64,000 bases of DNA. Source: a virus. Under the pieces are notes generated by a model that ran no database searches, was not told the origin of the DNA, and worked only from the letters and a program-made list of their open reading frames with translations. A program made the position numbers and the translations under genes. Shown piece by piece: positions 1 through 10,042 of the stretch. Position 1 is the first letter of the stretch, and each line of letters starts with the position of its first letter. The stretch spans positions 16,506 through 80,505 of IMG/VR virus record IMGVR_UViG_3300049995_000120. The stretch is one strand, 5' to 3'.

Positions 1-185
1 TTCATTTGATATGTCGCTTTCTGTTTCTTGTAATGATGCATCGGCTGTTATAATGAGGAAAAGAGCTTGCTTTAATCCTTTTATAAAACCTTCAGCCTCT
101 TCAATTGGCACAATGTCGGTTTTGTGTTTTTCACACCAAGCAACTTCCTGCTGGATTATAGAATCGATTTGCCAAAGCATAAGTT

Positions 186-410
186 TCATTTCTTTCTCTC
201 TCTCTTCCCAATTTTGGTTCCTGGCGTGGGATTCTTGGCATAAGCCTTTTCTAACTGCAGAGCAAAATACTTCCCGCAGGATTTCTTGGCATGGGTTAGA
301 TGACGCTTGCGCGCGTTGTGGACCTTCTCAGAACGAATGGATGAATTGCGCCCCTTCTCGCGAGATGAGCGCATCAGAACTTTGATTTTGCCGGTCTTTT
401 TTTGCTGCAT
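186..410 (-). CDS. small basic hypothetical protein
   Basis: 74-aa K/R-rich ORF, translationally coupled to 410..1027. Confidence 0.5.
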   Translation of the reverse strand: MQQKKTGKIKVLMRSSREKGRNSSIRSEKVHNARKRHLTHAKKSCGKYFALQLEKAYAKNPTPGTKIGKRERKK

Positions 411-1027
411 CAGGAATAGACTCCTTCTAGCGCTTCCCGTAGGAGTTGGAGCGCCTGGTTGACCTTATTGAGCCGATCAGAAGACAGACAGAGTTTTTCT
501 GCCAGACGACTGATCATCCCTATGATTGATTGAATGCTGTTTTCCGAATTTCCGATAATCTGAATGGAGGGGGTTTCGGATTCGTAAGATATAACCACGT
601 CTGCCGGCTGAGTGAAGTTGTCGGGGGTTGTGTCTTCGCCAGGGCGCAAAGAGTCAGCCACCATCTGGCTTACGCTCATGGGTTCTTCGTTGACACCGCC
701 GTAGGCTGCGCGGTCAAGCCAACCCTGCCAGTCTTGGAACTGCATGGCAAAAGCGTAATGCTCGAAGGAGAGCAAGCCAGTATATTTATCCCGCCACTCC
801 TTGGTATAGAAGGCCGCAGCGCGCGCCCACCGCTGGATGGTAGAGCCAGACTTTCCCACGAAAAAACCCACCGCGCTACAGGTATAGGAAAAGGAATAGA
901 TTTCTTTGCGGTCTTGATAATTCTGGTTAGCGATATCTCCCACTCGCCACTGCATGAGATCCAAAGCGTCGCGCAGGCGCGTCAACTCTTCTTGATGATC
1001 GATATTTATACAATCGTTGAAGGACAT
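410..1027 (-). CDS. hypothetical protein, possible DNA-binding
   Basis: 205-aa ORF with AAGGAG SD; W-x-x-GD and LSFEHY motifs seen in phage proteins. Confidence 0.6.
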   Translation of the reverse strand: MSFNDCINIDHQEELTRLRDALDLMQWRVGDIANQNYQDRKEIYSFSYTCSAVGFFVGKSGSTIQRWARAAAFYTKEWRDKYTGLLSFEHYAFAMQFQDWQGWLDRAAYGGVNEEPMSVSQMVADSLRPGEDTTPDNFTQPADVVISYESETPSIQIIGNSENSIQSIIGMISRLAEKLCLSSDRLNKVNQALQLLREALEGVYS

Positions 1028-1497
1028 TTAGATACTCCTTTGAAACGCCGGAAGTAGGGTTTGGGACGCTTCTGATAAACGTGGGGTTTGGAAACAACTT
1101 GGGGTTGGATGTTCACAATAGCCATGAGCGCCAGGTTGCCTTTTTGAGACACGACGCGATGGGTAGGAATCTTGCTTGGAGAAAGACTGAACTCGGTGCC
1201 GATGGTCAGAAAACCAGCAACCAGCATACGCTCGATTTCATCCAGGGTGAACGAAGAATCTTTTCCCCAAGACTGATCGGGGTCGTGGGCAATATGGTAA
1301 TCCCCTCCTACGGACGTATTATAAGCCGCGCGAGACATTTGATATTCCAAGACATCACCCTGATAGCGCAGTTTCCTTCGCTCTGACTTTTTAGCGGCCC
1401 TGCATTTCGGACAATATTTGGTGCGAGTCGCCACACTGCCATCTACGAAAAAGGATATTTCACACTTGATACATTTTACCATAACCTTGGCTCGCAT
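1006..1497 (-). CDS. Zn-finger hypothetical protein
   Basis: CIKC...YCPKC at the N-terminus, GGAG SD. Confidence 0.6.
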   Translation of the reverse strand: MRAKVMVKCIKCEISFFVDGSVATRTKYCPKCRAAKKSERRKLRYQGDVLEYQMSRAAYNTSVGGDYHIAHDPDQSWGKDSSFTLDEIERMLVAGFLTIGTEFSLSPSKIPTHRVVSQKGNLALMAIVNIQPQVVSKPHVYQKRPKPYFRRFKGVSKCPSTIV

Positions 1498-1563
1498 TGT
1501 ATCTCCGTTACATTGATTCTATCATGAACCGTAAAAAACACAAGAGGGAACTTGGTTAAAAGA

Positions 1564-1592
1564 TTGACGAAATGTGACTAATATAGTAAGAT
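1564..1592 (+). promoter_or_regulatory. sigma70-like promoter
   Basis: TTGACG-N17-TAAGAT upstream of 1693. Confidence 0.5.
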
Positions 1593-1692
1593 AAACAACA
1601 TTGTGTAACCATGAAGAAATCCATCATGATGAATCAAACAACCACTGAACAACCCGCGAAGCCTCGCGGGCTTTGCTTTTCCTGGAGGCAAT

Positions 1693-2547
1693 ATGAAGGG
1701 ATATGTACTGGCCATCGGAGATACACATACCTCACACAATCTTGGACTTTTGAACCCCGCCACTACGATAACAGTTGAAAAACCTAACGGCGAATTTGAA
1801 GAGCAGGAAGTGACGCTCAATCCTTATCAAGATTATTTGTGGTACGACATTTATATACCAGCGCTCAAGGAGGTCAAGAAAATTACGGAGGGAGAAAAGA
1901 TGGTGGCAATCCATGGGGGCGATTGGGGGCAGGGGAATAAGTTTACAGCACAAACCAAATATTTATCCGAGGCCAACCAAGTAACGATGGCAGTGGATGT
2001 GATGAAACCCATCCTGGATGTCCCGGCCTGTGTAAAGGCGCGCTTCTCCGCCGGCACGGGCGCACATGATTTCACTGAACACTCCCTGACCCTTCTGGGG
2101 GTGAAATTCTTGCAGCATGAATATCCGCAAATCGACATCAAGGCTAACTACCAAGGGCTGGCGGATGTGTGCGGATTGAGTATCGACTACGCACATCACG
2201 GTCCAGGGGAGGGGTTGCGGATTTATCTGAATGGAAACAATGTGCGCTTTTATTTGAGCGACCTGATGATCCGTTACCTGTCCAAAGACAAGAAAACGCC
2301 AAAATTGGTGTTGCGCTGGCACGTACATGGCAATCAAGATGAATTCTTTACACTTGGGAACTACAAATCCCGTATCTTGGTAATCCCCTCCATGTGTGGG
2401 ATGAGTTTCCACGCGCGCAAGGCGACGCGTACCAAGATGAGCGTCACCAATGGTTTCGCCTTATTTGAAATCACAGATGGAGTCATAACCAACAATTGGA
2501 AATTTTATAGAGAAAACGATTTGAGTACAAAGGAGACTTTACTATGA
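1693..2547 (+). CDS. calcineurin-like metallophosphoesterase
   Basis: GDTH, GGD, GAHD, HHG and WHVH motifs; GGAGG SD. Confidence 0.75.
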   Translation: MKGYVLAIGDTHTSHNLGLLNPATTITVEKPNGEFEEQEVTLNPYQDYLWYDIYIPALKEVKKITEGEKMVAIHGGDWGQGNKFTAQTKYLSEANQVTMAVDVMKPILDVPACVKARFSAGTGAHDFTEHSLTLLGVKFLQHEYPQIDIKANYQGLADVCGLSIDYAHHGPGEGLRIYLNGNNVRFYLSDLMIRYLSKDKKTPKLVLRWHVHGNQDEFFTLGNYKSRILVIPSMCGMSFHARKATRTKMSVTNGFALFEITDGVITNNWKFYRENDLSTKETLL

Positions 2548-2882
2548 GCGATCTACCACCCCTGCAGATTGGAAAGGAAAAGAAACAGGCTATCTTTGAT
2601 GCCATCAATGCCAATATGGATTTCCCCGAACCAGCATTGCCCAGCGATGTAACCACAGAAGATGTTATGGCAGAATATCACATTAATCGTAACAAGGCCA
2701 GGGATATAATGCGCAAGATGGTTGAAAAATACCCGGAGCGATATGCTATGGTGCAGGCCATCCTACCTGAGACGTACCATAATCGTCCAGGATACGTGAT
2801 CAGGCTGGTTGAGCCTCAAGTTCTTTCGGTATCCAGGCCGGAATTATACGCGCCTCTACCAGTTGCATTGACAGAATCTTGA
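2544..2882 (+). CDS. small HTH-like protein
   Basis: ATGA overlap with upstream gene; TTEDVMAEYHINRNKARDIM resembles a helix-turn-helix. Confidence 0.5.
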   Translation: MSDLPPLQIGKEKKQAIFDAINANMDFPEPALPSDVTTEDVMAEYHINRNKARDIMRKMVEKYPERYAMVQAILPETYHNRPGYVIRLVEPQVLSVSRPELYAPLPVALTES

Positions 2883-3216
2883 TGCCCCGCGCCCATTCTG
2901 CAATAAGAACATCGCGCTGTTGGATTTCTTTGTTCAGAGTTTCAATATACTGATCTCGTTGAGTCAGCGTAATTTTTAACCCTGCCAACTCGGAGATCAT
3001 ATCCAGACTTCTTTTTTCCAACTGGTCGATGCGCGTGAGGGCTTGTGTCACCTGGTCTGCCGCCATTCCTGCCGCTTCCGCATAGTCTTTAGAAGCTCCG
3101 GCATCAGTGGATGCTTTCTCCACTGGATACATTTTTCGGGAGCGCCATATTGCATATAAAGAGGTAGCCAATGAGGCCAACAGGATGAGTGCGCCTAGAA
3201 TTTCTGTGACGCTCAT
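2800..3216 (-). CDS. membrane-anchored coiled-coil protein (lysis-associated?)
   Basis: N-terminal TM helix plus heptad-rich C-terminus, next to a holin-like gene. Confidence 0.55.
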   Translation of the reverse strand: MSVTEILGALILLASLATSLYAIWRSRKMYPVEKASTDAGASKDYAEAAGMAADQVTQALTRIDQLEKRSLDMISELAGLKITLTQRDQYIETLNKEIQQRDVLIAEWARGIKILSMQLVEARIIPAWIPKELEAQPA

Positions 3217-3261
3217 GTTTGTTTCTCTGGGTGAATATTAGAATATGTCTTAGTAAAGCGC

Positions 3262-3480
3262 TCACGGTTCATAGGGTACGCCCATGCTCTTGCTGGCCAC
3301 ATCCTCATCGGTAATACCCTTGATCACCATGAGCAAGACTGGTTGCCAGATACCAATAAAAAAGAGGGCTTGCGTCACAGCTTCAGGTTTGAGGAATAGT
3401 GTCAGGAAAAACACGATGGATGCAATGATAGCATCCAGAATCGCAATCCAGAACTTCGAGGACTTCAAATTCCTTTTCAT
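3262..3480 (-). CDS. putative holin
   Basis: 72 aa, two TM helices, LKSSKFW N-terminus and ITDED C-terminus typical of small holins. Confidence 0.6.
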   Translation of the reverse strand: MKRNLKSSKFWIAILDAIIASIVFFLTLFLKPEAVTQALFFIGIWQPVLLMVIKGITDEDVASKSMGVPYEP

Positions 3481-3564
3481 AAAAAACTCCTTCTTGCAAG
3501 AATGATTGCATTATACCACTATCCGCCAAAACACTCATTGGGAATTTTGCTCATTGAAAATCAT

Positions 3565-3593
3565 TGACATTAGAGCAAGATAGAATTAAAATG
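3565..3593 (+). promoter_or_regulatory. sigma70-like promoter
   Basis: TTGACA-N17-TAAAAT. Confidence 0.6.
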
Positions 3594-3620
3594 CTAACAC
3601 TTTGATAGCGAGGAGATTCC

Positions 3621-3878
3621 GTGAAAGCCTATAAATCCGACCAACTTGTTGTGTCTATGCCGCCCCTGGAAGGGATGGCATTGCGTGAAACCGCAGAGGA
3701 GATGCATCTTGGCACCGCTTCTCTGCTACGTATCTTAATTGATCGAGGCTTGAGGGCCAGTCAGGAGATTGAACCGATTTATATAAAAAACAAGAATAGA
3801 CTCTCTAAATTAACCGACCTCCAGTTGCTGGAGATGAAAACAAAGCCAATCCTAAAACCCAAAAATAAATTCTCGTGA
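3621..3878 (+). CDS. possible ribbon-helix-helix regulator
   Basis: GAGGAG SD with GTG start; beta-strand then two helices. Confidence 0.4.
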   Translation: MKAYKSDQLVVSMPPLEGMALRETAEEMHLGTASLLRILIDRGLRASQEIEPIYIKNKNRLSKLTDLQLLEMKTKPILKPKNKFS

Positions 3879-3888
3879 GGAGTATGCT

Positions 3889-4755
3889 ATGCCTATCAAT
3901 CTAAATCCTAACATTAAACCCGAAACCAGTGTGTTTAAGAAAAGTTTTGAGTACGTCAATCTTCCCTTTCCATTTCTGCGCCTGTCCTGGAATAATGGCA
4001 ATTCCCACGCTACCAGCGTCAAGGGTGCAGGAAGCGCGCAGTATTTCGGTGGGTTTCAGCGTGGTTCCAAAGACATCCAGGAAGATTTGGCAACCATGAA
4101 AAAGACGACCCTGCCAATCTACTTCAAAGAGGAAGAATGGGTAAACACCAAAGATGAGGCCTACATGGCCTGGGGTTCGCGTAGTGTGTGGGCAGCCCCC
4201 ATCCTGGCGCGTGTAGACTGGTACGAGGGGCGCGATAAATATACATCCGAAATCAGGTTGAAACACCGTCTGGATTTTCTGGTCTATCTTGCTGACCGCG
4301 ACAAAAACACTCTGATTCCGTGGGGGCCGGCGGTGATCACTGCCTATGGTTTTGCGGCAACTTCCATAGAAAAAGCCTTCAAGGGTTTTGCTCAGGAAAC
4401 CCTTGATGTACGCAAGAGGTTCGCCGGCGGCATTGACGCCATGTTCTTCTACCATCTCTACGGGACATTTGGCAACCAGCGCAACGCGCAAAAGGCCGGC
4501 GACACCGCCGCCGTCGTCCCCTGTGTTTATGATAAGCCAGCCGATGAATGGAGTGAGCGGATGTTAGAGAACCGCTTCGTGGGGGATGATATTGGTCAGG
4601 TCCTGGTCGATCTGCAGAAACAGGCCAAAGAGTGGTTTGAAGATACCAACGAAAATCGCCAGAAGAAAAACGGCGCGCCAAAGGCAACCAATATTCCATT
4701 CGGGCAGTTGACTCCCGATACTTTCATGGATGAGACCCCCGATGACCCTCTCTGA
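3889..4755 (+). CDS. hypothetical protein, possible ssDNA-binding protein
   Basis: 288 aa, aromatic-rich, acidic C-terminal tail DETPDDPL; GAGGAG SD. Confidence 0.45.
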   Translation: MPINLNPNIKPETSVFKKSFEYVNLPFPFLRLSWNNGNSHATSVKGAGSAQYFGGFQRGSKDIQEDLATMKKTTLPIYFKEEEWVNTKDEAYMAWGSRSVWAAPILARVDWYEGRDKYTSEIRLKHRLDFLVYLADRDKNTLIPWGPAVITAYGFAATSIEKAFKGFAQETLDVRKRFAGGIDAMFFYHLYGTFGNQRNAQKAGDTAAVVPCVYDKPADEWSERMLENRFVGDDIGQVLVDLQKQAKEWFEDTNENRQKKNGAPKATNIPFGQLTPDTFMDETPDDPL

Positions 4756-4936
4756 TAAAGAACGGGTAGATAAAATCAATGAAATGATTTGGAGGTTGGA
4801 CAGGATACTTGAACACCTTCACAATTGTTTTGGATATTTTGATCGAGAAATTCAGCCTATGCTGAATGATATCAACCACGCCCGTATGGGCATGGAGAAC
4901 CTGAAAATCACTTTAGAAAGGAGCGGAAAGAGATGA
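4742..4936 (+). CDS. hypothetical protein
   Basis: short helical ORF overlapping the upstream stop. Confidence 0.45.
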   Translation: MTLSDKERVDKINEMIWRLDRILEHLHNCFGYFDREIQPMLNDINHARMGMENLKITLERSGKR

Positions 4937-4990
4937 GGCGCTTGAGGTCAGAACCAATCTGACGGGAATAAGGATACGCGAATAAGGAAA

Positions 4991-5018
4991 CGGCGGCAGC
5001 AATGCCGCCGCTTTTTTT
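4991..5018 (+). terminator. rho-independent terminator
   Basis: CGGCGGCA-GCAA-TGCCGCCG followed by CT7. Confidence 0.8.
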
Positions 5019-5107
5019 AAAGAGGCGTTCCCGCCGGAGTCAATAGCGGGAACGCCCAGAAAGGAGAAGCGGCTTGACGATACAATCCGCATCTGTATTA
5101 TACCATA

Positions 5108-5881
5108 CTAGGAGAAGGGGCAGACCTCAAGCAGTAAATCACCCAACTCTTGGAAGTCAACTCCTGGACCCTGCCAGTCATAGACCCGATTGAATATTGC
5201 ATTCCATGGGATTTTGGTGTCGCGAATCTGCACTGGTTCAGGCCAGTTGCGCACAGTTGAAAGATAATAATCGATGAATTTGAATCCGCCTCCATGCACA
5301 CTATCACTGAATTCAACCCATACCGCCGGCACATTATAGGCTTCTGCCACGATCAGGATATGCAGGGAGGACGTGACCACAGTAGCGGCGTTGGATATCT
5401 TCTGCAGCAGAAATTCAGCATCCTTCATGGGGGAAAGAACTTCCCAATCTGGTCCCCAGTCATATTTGACGGCGAGGCCCACATCCGTGTAATGGGGAAC
5501 AACTAGCGACTTTTCTTCAACGTTATGCGGACGGGGGTAAGAATAAAAACGAGGTAGCAGGATAGCCGGATCTGCAAAAATGGCATTGGATATATCCACT
5601 CCGTATTTGCGTAGCAAATATGCCGTGAGAGGCCCGCGCACTGCTCGCGCTATCGTAGTTTTATCGCAATGTTCAGGTGGCAGATCTTCGGCCATGACGC
5701 CTGTTCCCCAAAGGATATTCCCTGGATAGGCACAATGAGATAGAGAACCAATCGCCAGGATGGTTCCGAGTACTTTACTCGGTTCTGACCAGTTTGGTTC
5801 GTGTCCTGTAATCGCCTTGTGGAGCAGAGGATTAAGGGCATCGCCAAAGTTGGTACTTCGTATCCAGAAAAGATTGCTCAT
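5108..5881 (-). CDS. polysaccharide pyruvyl transferase family protein
   Basis: NFGD, IGS, WGTG, AVRGPLT, DPA, VPH, SSLH..I.AEAY..P and FKF.DYY motifs (ExoV/PssM-like). Confidence 0.85.
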   Translation of the reverse strand: MSNLFWIRSTNFGDALNPLLHKAITGHEPNWSEPSKVLGTILAIGSLSHCAYPGNILWGTGVMAEDLPPEHCDKTTIARAVRGPLTAYLLRKYGVDISNAIFADPAILLPRFYSYPRPHNVEEKSLVVPHYTDVGLAVKYDWGPDWEVLSPMKDAEFLLQKISNAATVVTSSLHILIVAEAYNVPAVWVEFSDSVHGGGFKFIDYYLSTVRNWPEPVQIRDTKIPWNAIFNRVYDWQGPGVDFQELGDLLLEVCPFS

Positions 5882-6002
5882 GGAATACTCCTCTCTGCCT
5901 AATTATATACAATATTCATTGTAAAGTCAATGAGAATCATCAATTAAGCCTTGACGGGAAATTGGTCAGCGAGTAAAATGGGATTTGACGGGAAAGGAGT
6001 TT

Positions 6003-6698
6003 ATGCCCTTGCGTGTAGTGGTCCCAACTTGTGACAAGTATCTCTGGCTCGTACAGCCATTCACCTATTTATTCAATCGTTACTGGTCAGAACTACAACC
6101 AGTAGTGGTGGCTGGTTTTTCTCGCCCGGACTTCCATCTTCCCCCGAACTTTACGTTTTACCAGATCGCCCGGGAAGATTATCCAGCCAACAAATGGAGC
6201 GATGGCATGATTAAGTTGCTCCAGAATCTTCCCGATCAGCATTTTATTTTGCTCCTAGAAGACTACTTCCTTTGCCGCACGGTTGATCATACTGCCGTTG
6301 ACTCCTGTTATGAATATATAAAAGATAAACCAGAAGTATTACGTATTGACTTGACGGCTGATCGCCTGTACGCCGGCGGTATGTTTGACTTGGAATCATA
6401 TGGCCGCATGGATATCATTGAGACTCCTCATGGTACTCCCTATCAGTTCAGCACTCAGGCTGGAATCTGGAACAGGGATCGTCTCCTTGAAATCCTTATA
6501 CCAGGTCGCTCCGCTTGGGAGTCAGAGTTATATACGCCCGTACCAGATACATTGCGCATCTTGGGAACACGTCAGTATCCAGTACGCTATGTGAATGTGA
6601 TGAAAAGCGGCCAATTGCAACGAGCCGAACTGGATAAGTTAGATCCCGAGCATCAGGAATATCTGGCGAAGCAAGGATGGTTTTCCCGCAATGCCTAA
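6003..6698 (+). CDS. glycosyltransferase (GT-A-like)
   Basis: VVVPTCDKY, WS..M, LLLEDYFL and STQAGIW..W..E motifs; AAGGAG SD. Confidence 0.65.
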   Translation: MPLRVVVPTCDKYLWLVQPFTYLFNRYWSELQPVVVAGFSRPDFHLPPNFTFYQIAREDYPANKWSDGMIKLLQNLPDQHFILLLEDYFLCRTVDHTAVDSCYEYIKDKPEVLRIDLTADRLYAGGMFDLESYGRMDIIETPHGTPYQFSTQAGIWNRDRLLEILIPGRSAWESELYTPVPDTLRILGTRQYPVRYVNVMKSGQLQRAELDKLDPEHQEYLAKQGWFSRNA

Positions 6699-7146
6699 TG
6701 GACGCGTTCACTCCCTGGCCTGTCTTGTTACTTCTGCTAGCGCAGGAGGGTTCGTGTATTTCAATAAGTTATCAACTCCGCTAACTTCCTGCCATGTAGC
6801 ACTTGGCGCGCTACTTGGAATCCTGATTAGTCCAGACCTGGACTTGATGGAGACGGGTAATTACTCGCTTGTAATTCTGCGGAAGCGATCCGATTTCCTT
6901 GCTAGACTCTGGCGCTGGTTCTGGTGGCCTTATGCTAGACTATCTAGGCATCGTGGTATATCCCACTGGCCGATCATTGGCACCCTGTTGAGATTTGTTT
7001 ATTGCATTGTCCCGGCAATAATTGTTACGGCAATACTAAACCTGTATCTATTAGAAGTACGGCTGAATCTGGATGTCTTACTCCCTTATTTGATCGGCCT
7101 TATGCTGTCCGATTTCGTGCATACGACATTGGACGTGGTGTTTTGA
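6691..7146 (+). CDS. DUF2227-type metal-binding membrane protein
   Basis: MP.GR.H, SPDLD, WWPY...HRG.SHWPIIGT..R..Y and H...D motifs. Confidence 0.8.
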   Translation: MPNGRVHSLACLVTSASAGGFVYFNKLSTPLTSCHVALGALLGILISPDLDLMETGNYSLVILRKRSDFLARLWRWFWWPYARLSRHRGISHWPIIGTLLRFVYCIVPAIIVTAILNLYLLEVRLNLDVLLPYLIGLMLSDFVHTTLDVVF

Positions 7147-7156
7147 AAGGATAACT

Positions 7157-7408
7157 ATGGCAGGCAGGCGCAGGAATCCGGTAAAAACCTTGTTTCGAGT
7201 AGAGCATCTAACGCCCAACTCGGTTATTATTATCAAAACCGGGTCTGCAATAGACAACAAACAGCAGATGGGTGCGCTGGCTAATGAACTGGTCAAGCGC
7301 GACCTGCGTACTGTCCTCATTCTGCGTCTGCCCACTCTGGATGAATTTCAAACCCTAGACGAAAAGCAGATGAATCAGTTAGGATGGTTCAAGAAGGAGG
7401 TTATATGA
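7157..7408 (+). CDS. hypothetical protein
   Basis: 83-aa ORF with SD, in operon. Confidence 0.55.
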   Translation: MAGRRRNPVKTLFRVEHLTPNSVIIIKTGSAIDNKQQMGALANELVKRDLRTVLILRLPTLDEFQTLDEKQMNQLGWFKKEVI

Positions 7409-7647
7409 AAGATTATCAAAAGGAACCATCACCAATCCCCAACAAGTTGCCTTCTATGTGGGATTTGGTAATTGATGATATGCGCCACCGCGACAAGATT
7501 GGTGTTGAGACCTATGGCTGTCACTTGCAACCATTCAATGGGCGGAAGGCATTGCGTGATGCGTATTATGAGTGTCTGGATATGGCAGTTTATCTACGCC
7601 AAAAGATTTGGGAGGAAGAAAATGACGACAAGTCGAAATCCGCGTAA
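7405..7647 (+). CDS. small all-alpha protein, NTP-pyrophosphatase-like
   Basis: R..IG.ETYG..L...NGR..L.DAY.E.LD.AVYL pattern common in phages. Confidence 0.5.
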   Translation: MKDYQKEPSPIPNKLPSMWDLVIDDMRHRDKIGVETYGCHLQPFNGRKALRDAYYECLDMAVYLRQKIWEEENDDKSKSA

Positions 7648-8110
7648 TACGGCTGTCTTTATTCTGGCTGTTTATGATCAGCCTGCGCAACCAGAATATC
7701 AAGATAACCTCGCCAAGACCATCAAGTCTGTGCAGGCTCTGGGATTCGAGCCGTATATTGTTTCTCCCCACGATGAACTGCTGATTGAATCCAATCTGTT
7801 TATCAAGTTGGAAGCCCCCTGCGTCCCGGTTGAAATGACTAAACCCTATTGGCGCGAATTCAATTTCATCCTGATGGATAATGTCGTTTTTGATGATGCA
7901 AACCTGAAGGAGATGTTTGATGCTCCTGATCTACCGCGTCTGTTTACTACCATTCGACTCTGCATGGTCGGTATTGGATTTGAAAATGATGGGACAGATT
8001 GGACCGGATGGATCAGGAACATTAAGTCTGAAACTTTGCACGTAGTCCCTACAATGCTGTTGAGTATGTCCAAGAAAATGAAATTCCCATGCCCAAATAC
8101 GACGCCGTAA
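7622..8110 (+). CDS. hypothetical protein (possible degenerate GT-A/nucleotidyltransferase)
   Basis: in operon; ILMDNVVFDD acidic motif. Confidence 0.4.
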   Translation: MTTSRNPRNTAVFILAVYDQPAQPEYQDNLAKTIKSVQALGFEPYIVSPHDELLIESNLFIKLEAPCVPVEMTKPYWREFNFILMDNVVFDDANLKEMFDAPDLPRLFTTIRLCMVGIGFENDGTDWTGWIRNIKSETLHVVPTMLLSMSKKMKFPCPNTTP

Positions 8111-8976
8111 TCTCTGCTTCTTGCTTCATGTCGCCGCATAATGCGATCCGGATGCTGAAAAGTATCTCTGTCATCCAGGGGCGTGTACTAACGATCATTA
8201 CCTGCCCGCGTCTGGAAGATGCTTATGCTGTCAGGGATGCCCTGCAGAACACGGATATTCCGCTCATCATTCTTCACTCCACCTTTCAGCCGCGCTATTT
8301 CTGCCAATCGCTTGCTTTCGTTTATTGTGAGTTGAATGATATTTCTGGTCGGTATTTCGCGCTGGCTGATGATGATATTGAATTTATAAAAGGTGATATC
8401 TTCCCGCATTTGGATAACTGTCCGTCTTTTTCTGTGTTTGGTTTTTCTTCTAATCAAGTACGTTATGGTTTTGCTCTCTGGCATGGCAAGAATCAATATG
8501 GCGAGTACGTAGAAAATCCACTTTGGTTAGACGCGCACAATATGTGGAGCAAATGGGCAAGCAATCTGATTGGCGGTCTGCCTGATAGTTCCGCGTCATC
8601 TCCAAATGCAGCGTTTGTGGAAGTAGAATATCAACACCGCCTGCGTTTATTCACTGGCGAGCCTACTATTGGTTGCACTTATGCGCCCATTCATCATTAT
8701 ACGCGCATCGATGACTTAGAAACCCGGCGCGGGACACATAATATCGTTATTGAAGGATTCAAGCTATGGCAGGAAAAATTCGGTCTGGCTCTCAATGGAC
8801 AATTGTTCAATGAGAGTATAATGAACTGGGATGATGTTGACCAAGTATTGCGCGCACCGCATTTCATCCCGCAATATAAACAACACTTGGTATTCGGTGG
8901 CTTGTGGACAGATTGGCAAGCAATATGGGATCGATCAAGCCATGCAATTACCAAAATTTACGAAAGATTGAAATAG
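8089..8976 (+). CDS. glycosyltransferase (GT2/GT-A-like)
   Basis: YFALADDDIEF DxD motif, GGLPD, EVEY..R and IHH motifs. Confidence 0.6.
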   Translation: MPKYDAVISASCFMSPHNAIRMLKSISVIQGRVLTIITCPRLEDAYAVRDALQNTDIPLIILHSTFQPRYFCQSLAFVYCELNDISGRYFALADDDIEFIKGDIFPHLDNCPSFSVFGFSSNQVRYGFALWHGKNQYGEYVENPLWLDAHNMWSKWASNLIGGLPDSSASSPNAAFVEVEYQHRLRLFTGEPTIGCTYAPIHHYTRIDDLETRRGTHNIVIEGFKLWQEKFGLALNGQLFNESIMNWDDVDQVLRAPHFIPQYKQHLVFGGLWTDWQAIWDRSSHAITKIYERLK

Positions 8977-8984
8977 GAGGCTAT

Positions 8985-9722
8985 ATGCCAGAAACAAAAT
9001 TCGTCATGGGTCGTGAAATGACTATCTATGATAATGGTCAAATTTCGATCAGCAAACAAAACTATACTCGTTTCACGGGTGGTGCGCTCAAACACGCACA
9101 CGAATGCGGTTATTTGTATGATTGGGAGGTTCTGGTACTCCAGGCATTCGTGCGCGGTCTTCCTGAAAAAGCGGTTCTTGTGAATATCGGTGCAGGAGCC
9201 GGGGCGAGTGGTCTGGCAATGGCTGAGGCGCGCATGGATCTTATCCCACATATTTACACCATTGATGTTGTGAGGAATGGGGGACCAAGTAGCGGATTGG
9301 TCTCAGAGGCGCTTGCTTTCGTGCGCTATAATACTCCACTGGTAAACCAGATCGAGGGTGATAGTTATGATGTGGGTATGAGTTGGACACGTGGCCCAGT
9401 GGATCTGGTATTTGTGGATGGTGATCATACCTTTTACGGGGTTGAGCGCGATATCAAGGCATGGCTACCCCGCGTCAAACATGGCGGATTTATGCTCTTC
9501 CACGACTACGCACATGAACAATGGTCGGGAGTCAAGCCAGCGGTGGATGCGTTGATGGCTGGTCATGCGCAGATTATGGTCGTTGATCTTCTGGCGGTAT
9601 ACCGTATTGTTTGGCCCGTACAAATTCAAGAGTCCGCACCCGATGAAGGATTCACTCCTGTTCATATACCTAAAGAAAGAAAACCAAGAAAGGCGAAGGT
9701 GAAAGTTGCCAAAGAAGAGTGA
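8985..9722 (+). CDS. class I SAM-dependent methyltransferase (Methyltransf_24-like)
   Basis: VNIGAGAGAS, GDS, DLVFVDGDHTF.GV..D..AW.P.VK.GG.M.FHD motifs. Confidence 0.85.
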   Translation: MPETKFVMGREMTIYDNGQISISKQNYTRFTGGALKHAHECGYLYDWEVLVLQAFVRGLPEKAVLVNIGAGAGASGLAMAEARMDLIPHIYTIDVVRNGGPSSGLVSEALAFVRYNTPLVNQIEGDSYDVGMSWTRGPVDLVFVDGDHTFYGVERDIKAWLPRVKHGGFMLFHDYAHEQWSGVKPAVDALMAGHAQIMVVDLLAVYRIVWPVQIQESAPDEGFTPVHIPKERKPRKAKVKVAKEE

Positions 9723-10042
9723 ACTCATAGCTGGCTTTGCGTGGGCTAGCGTCTGTGTCATCCCCTGGCTGTGGATATTGAATAGAATCCCATTCAGCGC
9801 AGGTAGCATTTTTGCCGTGATCTTTTTCCTGGTTATCGCCATAATGGCCAGTATGTATCAAGCCGGGACAGAGATCAAGAGGAAACTATGACCTACATTC
9901 AACGCATTGGCTTGCTTATAGTGCTATTGGCCGTTATCACTGCGCTTGGAAATCCAACCCCTTCCATTACGGGTCAACTTGAATTTGTTTTTTTGTGGAT
10001 AATTGGGTGCGCATTGTTTCTTCATGAACCGAGGAAAGAAAA